DNA from: an uncultured Nitrososphaerota archaeon
GTDB taxonomy: Archaea > Thermoproteota > Methanomethylicia > Culexarchaeales > Culexmicrobiaceae
Direction: 5' to 3'
NCBI GenBank assembly: GCA_964462875.1
Contig: CAYWZQ010000009.1
Span: 3,618 to 67,617, forward strand
Length of the DNA: 64,000 bases
Made by a program: the position numbers and the translations under genes. Positions 48,885 to 57,750 of this stretch are shown here, piece by piece (the first letter of the stretch is position 1; every line of letters begins with the position of its first letter). The notes under the pieces are model-generated. The model did no database searches and had not been told where the DNA came from. It was given only the letters and a program-made list of their open reading frames with translations.

Positions 48885-50621
48885 ATGGGGACAACAGTTC
48901 AAGTAACCCTAGTTACTGGTAGAACTATTAATCAAGGAACAGCTCTAGATAAAGGAAAACTGCTACCAGAATATTATGAGAAAGTTGCAATAGTTGAGCT
49001 CGATGAAGAAGATATGAAGAAGCTTGGAGCAAAAAACGGAGACAGTGTTGAAGTAGCCACGGAGCATGGAAGAGTAGTAGTGAGAGCTATTAAATCGAGA
49101 TTTAGACACCCGGGAATAGCATTTATGCCCATGGGTCCATGGACAAACATAGTGACGAACCCAAACACCTACGGCTCTGGAATGCCAACATTTAAGGGTG
49201 TAAGAGCCCAGCTCAAAGTCACTGACGAAAAACCCTTAACTCAAATAGAGCTCCTATCCAAAATATATGGACTAGAAGTCCCAGGGGTAAAGGTGGAAGA
49301 GCCTGAGGCTAAAGGTGTAGAGAAAACATTTTCATCAGTTATCTGTAGTTTCTGCGGATGTCTTTGCGATGACTTAGAAGTTAAAGTGAAAGATGGCATT
49401 ATAGTTGAGGTTAAAGGAGCTTGTCCACTCGGATATTCTAAGATAATGCATTATAGGGAAAATCGAATTCTCAAGCCATATATTCGGGATGGAACCAAAT
49501 TTATTGAAGTAACACTCGATGAAGCAGTAAGAAAAGCTGCCGAAATATTAGTTAATGCATCATATCCGCTACTATACGGCTGGAGCTCTACTTCAACTGA
49601 AGCAATAAGACTAGGTGTTGAATTGGCAGAGTTGCTTGGAGGAGTAATGGATAACACAAGCGTAATGTGTCATGGACCAACAATTCTAGGAGTACAGGAA
49701 GCTGGAACTGTTGCTGCAACTCTAGGTCAAATAAGAAACTTTGCAGATTTAATGATTTACTGGGGATGCAACCCATTCCATGCCCATCCAAAGCACCCAG
49801 CAAGATATAGTGCCATGTCAAGAGGATATTACATTAAAAGTAGAGCAGAAAGGAAAATAGTAGTTGTTGATGTAAGAGAAACACCGACAGCTAAAATAGC
49901 AGACCTATTCATTAGAGTTAGACCTGGAGAAGACTTTGAACTCATAAGAGCTCTAAGAATGGCAGTCAATGACATGGACATAGAGGCTGATGAAATTGCA
50001 GGCGTTCAAGTAGAGAAAATTTACGAGTTAGCTGACATTATGAGAACTGCAAAATTCGGCGTACTATTCTTCGGCTTGGGCGTCACCATGACTAGGGGGA
50101 AGGGTAGGAATATTGAGGAAGTCATTAGACTTGTTCAAGATTTAAATAATTGGACTAAGTTCGTGCTCATGCCCATGAGAGGACACTTCAATGTTGTTGG
50201 TGCAAACATGGCCACACTATGGGCAACGGGATTTCCATATGCAGTCGACTTTAGCAAGGGCTATCCAAAACATAATCCTGGAGTAACATCGGCACCAGAC
50301 CTACTCATGGATGGTGACGTTGACGCAGCCCTAATAGTCGCTTCAGACCCAGTAGCACACTTCCCGGCTGAAGCAGTTAAGCATCTAGTGAAAATACCAG
50401 TGATAACTATTGATCCAAAGTGGAATTTAACAAGCCTAATCTCACAAGTTGTAATACCATCGGCATTCGTAGGAATTGAATGCGAAGGAACAGCATACAG
50501 AATGGACAAAGTCGTATTGAGACTGAAAAAACTCGTCGATCCACCTCCAGGAGTCTTGAGTGATGAGGAAATTTTAATGAAGCTTATTAATGAAGTTAAA
50601 AGGTTAAAGGGGGTGGCATGA
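48885..50621 (+). CDS. fwdB: Formylmethanofuran dehydrogenase FwdD-FwdB fusion
   Basis: FwdD (VTGRTINQG..MPMGPW..GMPTFKG) followed by FwdB (CSFCGCLCDD, DNTSVMCHGP, WGCNP, PMRGHFNV). Confidence 0.93.
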   Translation: MGTTVQVTLVTGRTINQGTALDKGKLLPEYYEKVAIVELDEEDMKKLGAKNGDSVEVATEHGRVVVRAIKSRFRHPGIAFMPMGPWTNIVTNPNTYGSGMPTFKGVRAQLKVTDEKPLTQIELLSKIYGLEVPGVKVEEPEAKGVEKTFSSVICSFCGCLCDDLEVKVKDGIIVEVKGACPLGYSKIMHYRENRILKPYIRDGTKFIEVTLDEAVRKAAEILVNASYPLLYGWSSTSTEAIRLGVELAELLGGVMDNTSVMCHGPTILGVQEAGTVAATLGQIRNFADLMIYWGCNPFHAHPKHPARYSAMSRGYYIKSRAERKIVVVDVRETPTAKIADLFIRVRPGEDFELIRALRMAVNDMDIEADEIAGVQVEKIYELADIMRTAKFGVLFFGLGVTMTRGKGRNIEEVIRLVQDLNNWTKFVLMPMRGHFNVVGANMATLWATGFPYAVDFSKGYPKHNPGVTSAPDLLMDGDVDAALIVASDPVAHFPAEAVKHLVKIPVITIDPKWNLTSLISQVVIPSAFVGIECEGTAYRMDKVVLRLKKLVDPPPGVLSDEEILMKLINEVKRLKGVA

Positions 50622-52333
50622 TTCCCAATCAAATACTAATTAAAAATGGTATAGTTTATGACCCAATAAATAAGGTCAATGGAGAAAAAATGGATATTGC
50701 AATTAAAAATGGAAAAATAGTCGAAATAAGCCAAATCGACAAATCAAAAGCCAAAATAATTGATGCTTCAGGGAAAATCGTAATGCCCGGAGGAGTCGAT
50801 TTACACTCACACATTGCGGGCCCCAAGGTCAACCTAGGAAGACTCATGAGACCTGAGGACCACTACGACTACGTGATGAAACTAGTTCCCGGTATAAGGA
50901 GATCAGGTTCAGGCTACACTGTTCCCTCAACAACAATTGCAGGCTATAAGTACGCCGAAATGGGATATACAACAGTAATTGAACCAGCATCCCCACCACT
51001 CAAGAACAGGCACACACACGAAGAACTGGATGACACACCCATAATCGATAAGGCAGTATTCATATTAATGGATTCAAACTGGTTTATTCTCAAGTACCTT
51101 GAAAGCAATGATATTGAAAAGTGCGCAGCCTATGTGGCTTGGCTTCTTGAAGCAACTAAGGGGTATGCCATCAAGCTCGTAGATCCAGGAGTAGCTATTC
51201 CATGGATTAGAGGAAAAGGTTATGGACTGGATTTAGATGATCAAATACCACCATTCAATCTAACACCAAGAGAAATAGTTACGGGTCTCTGCAAAGTTAA
51301 TGAAAAACTCAAACTACCGCATCCAATACATGTCCACTGCAATAAATTGGGCATACCCGGAAACTACACAACAACTCTAAATACAATGAAAGCGGTTTCA
51401 GGTCTAGCAGGTGAAGATAAAGTTGCAATGCATGTAACACATGTCCAGTTCAATAGCTATGGTGGAGTTTCATGGGGAAACTTGAAGAGTAGAGCCGAGG
51501 AAATTGCAAAATATGTTAACTCAGTAAATCACATAACCTTAGATTTAGGCCAAATAATTTTCGGAGAAGCAACTACAATGACAGCTGATGCACCCTTTGA
51601 ATTTGCCCTCTTTCACATGACTAAGTGGAAGTGGGGCGGAGCAGAAGTTGAAGCTGAAGCAGCAGCAGGAATAGTACCGTTTAGGTACAAAGCAAAGAAC
51701 TATGTACATGCCATTCAATGGTGTATTGGACTAGAAGTAGCATTACTCGTTAAAAACCCATGGAAAGTGGTGCTAACAACAGACCACCCAAATGGAGGAC
51801 CATTCCAGAAGTACCCAGAAGTCATAGCATGGCTAATGAGCAGGAAAGCGAGAAGCAAAGTCATAGAAAAGCTAAATAGCAGAGCTTTAAGGGAAGTAGT
51901 TTTACCAAGTATAGAGAGGGAATATGACCTGTATGAAATAGCAATTATAACTAGAGCTGGACCGGCCAAGTTATTGGGATTGGAAAGCAAAGGACACTTA
52001 GGTATTGGAGCTGATGCAGACATAGCTATTTACGATGTAAATCCACTTGAAGTAGACTTATCAGAGAACCCCGAGTTAATAATCAAAGCATTCAGCAAAG
52101 CACTTTACACTATAAAGAATGGAGAAATTGTAGTGAAGAATGGGGAAGTAGTTAAGCACATTTATGGAACAACCTACTATGTGAAAGCCAAAGTAGAGGA
52201 TGAACTTATGAACCAGGTACTGGGTGAGGTGAAGAACAAGTTCAAGGAATGGTACACCGTCAGTTTTGAAAATTATGAAATAAAAGATCATGAAATAAGA
52301 AATCTTAAACCCATAACTGCGGGAGGTGCATAA
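50618..52333 (+). CDS. fwdA: Formylmethanofuran dehydrogenase subunit A
   Basis: GGVDLHSHIAG, RPEDH, HVHCN.LG.PGN, HVQF, TTDHPNGGPF. Confidence 0.96.
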   Translation: MIPNQILIKNGIVYDPINKVNGEKMDIAIKNGKIVEISQIDKSKAKIIDASGKIVMPGGVDLHSHIAGPKVNLGRLMRPEDHYDYVMKLVPGIRRSGSGYTVPSTTIAGYKYAEMGYTTVIEPASPPLKNRHTHEELDDTPIIDKAVFILMDSNWFILKYLESNDIEKCAAYVAWLLEATKGYAIKLVDPGVAIPWIRGKGYGLDLDDQIPPFNLTPREIVTGLCKVNEKLKLPHPIHVHCNKLGIPGNYTTTLNTMKAVSGLAGEDKVAMHVTHVQFNSYGGVSWGNLKSRAEEIAKYVNSVNHITLDLGQIIFGEATTMTADAPFEFALFHMTKWKWGGAEVEAEAAAGIVPFRYKAKNYVHAIQWCIGLEVALLVKNPWKVVLTTDHPNGGPFQKYPEVIAWLMSRKARSKVIEKLNSRALREVVLPSIEREYDLYEIAIITRAGPAKLLGLESKGHLGIGADADIAIYDVNPLEVDLSENPELIIKAFSKALYTIKNGEIVVKNGEVVKHIYGTTYYVKAKVEDELMNQVLGEVKNKFKEWYTVSFENYEIKDHEIRNLKPITAGGA

Positions 52334-53201
52334 AGTGAGCGAAGAACTATGCGAAATCATAATTAAACCTAAAAAAGCATTTAGAGTACCCGTGGACATG
52401 GAACTAATAAAGCCGGAAAACATTGCAGGGAAAACACTAAATGAGTTATTAAATGAATTGACTGTTTATGAAGGTAATAGAGAGAGAAAATTTGGAGAGC
52501 TATTCGATGTTAAAGGAGAGCCAGTAAGTGATGCTAGCAAAATAAGATTGATAATCGAGCCAAGTACTAGAAAGTTGTGGAGCATTGGCATGGGAATGAC
52601 TACCGGAGAAATAGTAGTTAAGGGTGATGCAGGCCACTACATTGGAGCTAAAATGCGCGGCGGAAAAATAGTGATTTATGGAAAAACAGGATCATGGATT
52701 GGCGCCGAGATGAGTGGAGGAACAATAGAAGTTCATGGAGATGCCGGAGACTATGTTGGAGCAAGATTTAGAGGCAAAGGTTCAGAAGCAGGAATGACCG
52801 GCGGGATGATTATCATACACGGTAATGCTGGAGTTGAAGTAGGTAGGGGAATGATTAAGGGTACAATAATGATTTATGGGAGCTGCCTAGAGTTTCTGGG
52901 CGCAAATATGAAGGGAGGATCAATACTAGTTAAGGGCAATTGTCCAGGTAGAGTAGGCTCAGGTATGACGGGAGGTAAAATAGTGATATGCGGACACGTT
53001 AATAGCATACTACCATCATTCTACATAGACGATAAAGTCGACAAGACGAAAGTTAAGGGCAATGTTATTGAGGGGCCATTTTACCTATTCATCGGAGACT
53101 ACATGGCTGCTCCAAAGGTTTATGGAAGGCTATTTATATCAATTCCAAGCAATCCACATTTAAAGAGGTTCTTAGAGCTAATTGAGGAGGTAGAAGCATG
53201 A
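52326..53201 (+). CDS. fwdC: Formylmethanofuran dehydrogenase subunit C
   Basis: Repeated GxxMxGGxIxxxG beta-helix motifs. Confidence 0.94.
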   Translation: MHKVSEELCEIIIKPKKAFRVPVDMELIKPENIAGKTLNELLNELTVYEGNRERKFGELFDVKGEPVSDASKIRLIIEPSTRKLWSIGMGMTTGEIVVKGDAGHYIGAKMRGGKIVIYGKTGSWIGAEMSGGTIEVHGDAGDYVGARFRGKGSEAGMTGGMIIIHGNAGVEVGRGMIKGTIMIYGSCLEFLGANMKGGSILVKGNCPGRVGSGMTGGKIVICGHVNSILPSFYIDDKVDKTKVKGNVIEGPFYLFIGDYMAAPKVYGRLFISIPSNPHLKRFLELIEEVEA

Positions 53202-54163
53202 TAAGCGTGAATAAAAAGGCAATGAAAATAATTGATGAAATGATCGATAAGGAAGATGAATTGAACATTAAGGTATTGAAAGCAGAGTCAGGAGCAACAA
53301 TAATAGACTGTGGAGTAAATGTTGATGGAGGATTTCTAGCAGGAGTATATGCATCCAAAATATGTCTAGGAGGACTTGGGGAAGTAAACTTATCACATAA
53401 AGTCTACGAGGAAGTAGTATTACCAGTAGTAAATGTATACACGGACCATCCGGTAATAGCATGCATGGCATCCCAATATGCAGGTTGGAGAATAAGTGTT
53501 GGAAAATACTTCGCAATGGGGTCAGGGCCAGCTAGAGCCCTATCTAAAAAGCCAAAATATCTCTATGAGGAAATAGGATATGAAGATATATCAGATGAAG
53601 CAGTAATAGTGCTTGAAGCCTCTAAACTCCCACCAAACGAAGCAGTACTGGAAATAGCTAGCAAGTGTAATGTTAAACCCCAAAACCTATACATTCTAGT
53701 GACACCAACTAGCAGCATTGCAGGCTCAGTACAAATAAGTGCAAGAATAGTTGAAACAGGCATACATAAGCTGCATGAACTAAAATTTGACATCAAGCAC
53801 ATAGTCAATGGTTCAGGTACCTGTCCAATAGCACCAGTACACCCAAACGCTATGATCATGATGGGTAGAACAAATGACATGATACTTTATGCCGGAGAAA
53901 CTACCTACTTGATCAATTATGAAGATGATGAAAAGCTAAGAGAGATAGTAAGAAAGGTCCCATCATGCACATCCAGAGATTATGGGAAACCATTCTATGA
54001 AGTATTTAAGGGATATAATTTTGACTTCTACAAAGTTGATCCACATCTATTCGCTCCAGCAGTAATAAGCGTAACTAATAAGCGCACCGGATTGACGCTC
54101 AAAGCAGGATACGTAAATGTTGAAGTGTTAAAGAAATCGATTGGCTTTGAGAAGTTAGAATAA
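53198..54163 (+). CDS. mch: Methenyl-H4MPT cyclohydrolase
   Basis: MISVN, SQYAGW, MGSGPARAL, GSVQISARIVE, GRTND, FDFYKVD..FAPA. Confidence 0.96.
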   Translation: MISVNKKAMKIIDEMIDKEDELNIKVLKAESGATIIDCGVNVDGGFLAGVYASKICLGGLGEVNLSHKVYEEVVLPVVNVYTDHPVIACMASQYAGWRISVGKYFAMGSGPARALSKKPKYLYEEIGYEDISDEAVIVLEASKLPPNEAVLEIASKCNVKPQNLYILVTPTSSIAGSVQISARIVETGIHKLHELKFDIKHIVNGSGTCPIAPVHPNAMIMMGRTNDMILYAGETTYLINYEDDEKLREIVRKVPSCTSRDYGKPFYEVFKGYNFDFYKVDPHLFAPAVISVTNKRTGLTLKAGYVNVEVLKKSIGFEKLE

Positions 54164-55239
54164 TGATCGTGAGAAAATTCAGGGATAGGGACTTCATAGA
54201 AACGCGTGAAGGTATGTTCTTTTGCGTTATCGGAAATGTGCATCCAAGGAACAGGATAATATCATACTTAAAGTACGTTCCATGGGAAGTCAAGGGAGCA
54301 AAGAGATTAGGTTGGAGGAGAAATGGAAGAGAATATGGAAGAATTCTACCACATTATAGTGCTCTAGGAGTCCAGAAAGTTAAAGATTTTTTAAAGCACT
54401 TCTTTCCCAATTATGTTTACTTCGATAAATACCTAAACATAGAGATTATAGGTATCCCAGTTAATGAAATAAAAACACATTATAGACCCGAAGTTAGAAT
54501 GCAGGAAATATTGAAGAAATCATCAGATGAACTTGAAGCTGATGTAGCGTTTTTAGCCAGGGAACTTGCGTCAGCAGGGAATATTTCAAAAGCTTATCTG
54601 GGAGTAACGGGTTCAATTCTAATTAAAATTCATAATCCAAAATTTTCAGACATAGACTTGATAGTTTATGGTAGAGAAAATGCATTAAGGATAAAAAATT
54701 CGATTTCAAACTTAATTAATCAAAATAAGAGTTTCAGGCGGCTAGATGAGATAACGAAGAAAAGACTTGCAAAGGAAATTTCGCAAATTCATCCATTAAC
54801 TCTACATGAAGCATACAAGCTAATTAGTGAACGCTGGTATAATGGGTTCTTTAGAGGAAGATTCTTCTCAATTCATCCAGTTAAGCTTGAAAGAGAAGTT
54901 AATGAAATACATGAGCAGAAAATCTATAGGTTCAAGGGCATAGTAACTATTAAATGCAAGGTCGAGGATGCTAGCGAATCCATGTTTCTCCCCTCTAAGT
55001 ACTTGGTTAAGGAAGTAAGGTTCCTTGATGGAAGAGAGGTTAATAATTTGAGAGAGGTCGTTAGCTATGAAGGACTATACTGCGATGCAGCAGCTAATGG
55101 AGATATCATTTATGTTAGAGGTAAACTGGAGGAAGTTAATGACCTTACAACATCCGAGACCTATCATAGAGTTCAAGTGGGCTCATTCGAGGCTAGAGGA
55201 TCGGATTTCATAAAAAATGTAAGGTGGATTAAAGGTTAA
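54163..55239 (+). CDS. Pol-beta-superfamily nucleotidyltransferase (COG1665-like), copy 2
   Basis: GVTGSILI..SDIDLIVYG; DFIET..HP..KYVP; start overlaps the mch stop (TAATG). Confidence 0.72.
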   Translation: MIVRKFRDRDFIETREGMFFCVIGNVHPRNRIISYLKYVPWEVKGAKRLGWRRNGREYGRILPHYSALGVQKVKDFLKHFFPNYVYFDKYLNIEIIGIPVNEIKTHYRPEVRMQEILKKSSDELEADVAFLARELASAGNISKAYLGVTGSILIKIHNPKFSDIDLIVYGRENALRIKNSISNLINQNKSFRRLDEITKKRLAKEISQIHPLTLHEAYKLISERWYNGFFRGRFFSIHPVKLEREVNEIHEQKIYRFKGIVTIKCKVEDASESMFLPSKYLVKEVRFLDGREVNNLREVVSYEGLYCDAAANGDIIYVRGKLEEVNDLTTSETYHRVQVGSFEARGSDFIKNVRWIKG

Positions 55240-55273
55240 TTACCCGCCTCAGCCAATTATTATCTCGACCCAT

Positions 55274-56155
55274 ATGATCATTGGAATAGCAACTAGAAAT
55301 CGCAGAGCATGGTGCTCAATCCAATTATTTAAAGCTATAAAGAAAAGAGGGTTGAAGGCAGCTTTTATTGACCTCGCAAAAACCATTGTGGGCATAAATT
55401 GCAACTTCAATATATTATATAAAGGAGTAGATTTAGCTGAAAAATTAAATGCGCTAATCGTAAGACCGCTTGGAGTTGATTCCCCGGAGAGAACATTTTC
55501 AAGACTAAATGTCCTACATAAATTAAATGATTGCGGTGTAAAGGTTATAAATAGTCCTCATGCAATTGAGAAATGCATAGATAAGTTCGCTACACTTCTA
55601 CTCCTCAGTAAACATGGAATACCAGTTCCTCAAACAATAGTCACAGAAGAGATTAGCGGTGGGCTAAAAGGCTTTGAAAATCTCGGCGGAGATGTTGTAG
55701 TAAAACCAATTTTCGGGTCAAGAGGATATGGAATTATTCGAGTAAGCGATTTTGATGTTGCTTTCAGAGTCTTTAAAACACTATATTCAATTGGCAACGT
55801 CATCTACCTGCAGAAATTCATTCCGCATAGAAATAGAGATATCAGAGCTTTTGTTGTTGGAGGAGAAGTAATATCGTCCATGGTAAGAGAGGCTAGTAGC
55901 TGGAAAACCAATATAGCTCAGGGAGCAAAGCCCAGATACATTAAGTTAAGTAGCGAGCTAAGCGAAATAGCAGTGAAGGCAGCAGAAGCGCTGGGATGCG
56001 AAGTTGCAGGAGTCGATATTTTGGTGAGTGAAAATGGGGAATATTATGTAACAGAGATAAATAGCATGCCCAACTGGCAGGGACTGCAATCTGTTACCCC
56101 ATTTAATATAGCTGAGAAAATAATAGAATATATTGTTTACAGCATTATGAAGTAG
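55274..56155 (+). CDS. mptN: RimK-family ATP-grasp ligase, probable H4MPT:alpha-L-glutamate ligase
   Basis: DKF, VVKPIFGSRG, QKFI, DIRAFVVG, WKTNIAQGA, GVD, EINSMP; in the mch operon. Confidence 0.72.
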   Translation: MIIGIATRNRRAWCSIQLFKAIKKRGLKAAFIDLAKTIVGINCNFNILYKGVDLAEKLNALIVRPLGVDSPERTFSRLNVLHKLNDCGVKVINSPHAIEKCIDKFATLLLLSKHGIPVPQTIVTEEISGGLKGFENLGGDVVVKPIFGSRGYGIIRVSDFDVAFRVFKTLYSIGNVIYLQKFIPHRNRDIRAFVVGGEVISSMVREASSWKTNIAQGAKPRYIKLSSELSEIAVKAAEALGCEVAGVDILVSENGEYYVTEINSMPNWQGLQSVTPFNIAEKIIEYIVYSIMK

Positions 56156-56161
56156 CTTTAG

Positions 56162-57556
56162 CTATTTTTCAAATATTCTGGCGTATCTAGCCCATCTATA
56201 GTATGCACCTAGAGAGGATGCAGCCCTATCGGGAGATGGATATGCGGGTACGCCAACATCATTTAGCAGCTTTAATCCTTCATAACATTCTACCCCACCA
56301 ATGAAGCTAACTACAAGTGGCTTAGGAGCTCTAGATTCAATGTAGCTTCTCACGATTGCCCTAGCAACCATGCCCGGATCAGTTATTGCGGTGTGACAGT
56401 AAATTACTAATATGGCACCAATTCTTGGGTCCTCAAGAGCTACTTTAACTGCACCAGCATAAGCCTCCTCAGTTGCTTCGCCGGTTAGGTCTATGGGGTT
56501 TCTCACGCTTCCAAAGGGAGGCATAAACTTTCTAAATTCATTGGCTAAGTCCTCCGGTAAATCCATTAAGTGAAGCTCATACTCTTCACATGCATCTGCT
56601 GCTATTACGCCAGCTCCACCACCATTAGTTATGACAACAACGTTCTCATTTATTGGAGGAGGCTGGAAAACCATAGTTCTAGCCCAATCAAATGCTTCTT
56701 GAATAGACTTGGCTCTTAAAACACCTGCCTGCCTGAAAGCCGCACTATAGACCTCATCAGAACCAGCCAATGAACCAGTATGTGATGCAGCCGCCAAGGC
56801 ACCTCTCTCAGATCTACCAGCCTTAAGCACAATAATTGGTTTCACCTTACTAACTCTTTTCGCTACTTCCAAGAAGCGCCTCCCATTCTTTAAGCCCTCC
56901 ATGTAAATTAAAATGACCTTAGAATTTGGATCATTAACGAAGAAATCAAGCAAATCTGCATCCTCAATATCAGCTTTATTTCCAACGCTCACAACAGCTG
57001 ATAAGCCAATTCTCTCTAGAAAAGTCCATCCCATAAGAGCTATGCCCAAGGCACCGCTTTGAGATATAAATGCTATATTACCTTTTCGAACCTTCATGGG
57101 GCCAAATGTAGCATTTAACTTAGAGGGAGTATAAAGCACGCCGAAAACATTTGGACCCAAAATTCGCATGCCATATTTCCTAGCTATTTCAACTACTTTC
57201 CTCTCAGCTTCAACATTACCTACTTCAGAGAAACCAGAACTTATTATCACAACAACCTTTACTCCCTTTCTCCCGCAATCCTCAAGAACCTTAGGCACAA
57301 TTCTTGCTGGAACAGAAATTACTGCTAAGTCAACTTCATCTGGAACATCGACTATTGATGGATAAGCTTTATACCCCAAAATTTCATCTGCATGAGGATT
57401 CACCGGGAATATTTTTCCATCATATCCGAAGCCTATTATGTTCCTTAGAATTTCATGACCAATTTTACCAGGAGATCTCGATGCACCTATAATTGCAACT
57501 GACCTGGGATAAAAAAGATATTTAAGCCCATTAGAGCTCTCAACATGATTACCCAT
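56162..57556 (-). CDS. acdA: ADP-forming acetyl-CoA synthetase alpha subunit
   Basis: AIIGAS..GKIG, LGPN, SQSGA, GNKAD, phospho-His SHTGSLAG, TNGGG, NPID. Confidence 0.92.
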   Translation of the reverse strand: MGNHVESSNGLKYLFYPRSVAIIGASRSPGKIGHEILRNIIGFGYDGKIFPVNPHADEILGYKAYPSIVDVPDEVDLAVISVPARIVPKVLEDCGRKGVKVVVIISSGFSEVGNVEAERKVVEIARKYGMRILGPNVFGVLYTPSKLNATFGPMKVRKGNIAFISQSGALGIALMGWTFLERIGLSAVVSVGNKADIEDADLLDFFVNDPNSKVILIYMEGLKNGRRFLEVAKRVSKVKPIIVLKAGRSERGALAAASHTGSLAGSDEVYSAAFRQAGVLRAKSIQEAFDWARTMVFQPPPINENVVVITNGGGAGVIAADACEEYELHLMDLPEDLANEFRKFMPPFGSVRNPIDLTGEATEEAYAGAVKVALEDPRIGAILVIYCHTAITDPGMVARAIVRSYIESRAPKPLVVSFIGGVECYEGLKLLNDVGVPAYPSPDRAASSLGAYYRWARYARIFEK

Positions 57557-57626
57557 GAAAATCCTCTCACTTAGTCGTAGGGAGTATTATAAGAATAAAA
57601 TAAATATTTTATCTCTTACCTAATTA

Positions 57627-57656
57627 TTGAACCTTCTTTATATAAGTAAAGTTCAA
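57627..57656. promoter_or_regulatory. Imperfect palindrome centred on a TATA-like element between divergent acdA and guaA
   Basis: TTGAACCTTCTTTATATAAGTAAAGTTCAA, 12 of 15 positions pair. Confidence 0.45.
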
Positions 57657-57750
57657 CCAATCATAAGAGTCACCACGACATGAAGCAGCCAAGAAAGGAA
57701 ATTAATATATCTTGAAAGAAATGACCACTTATTCGGAAAGTGTGAGATTA

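Noticed and set aside
48885..50621. Selenocysteine recoding in FwdB, HdrA or MvhD
   Set aside because: Relevant positions are ordinary Cys codons with no in-frame TGA.
52560..53000. Repetitive Gly-rich sequence
   Set aside because: Normal FwdC beta-helix protein repeats, not a DNA repeat element.
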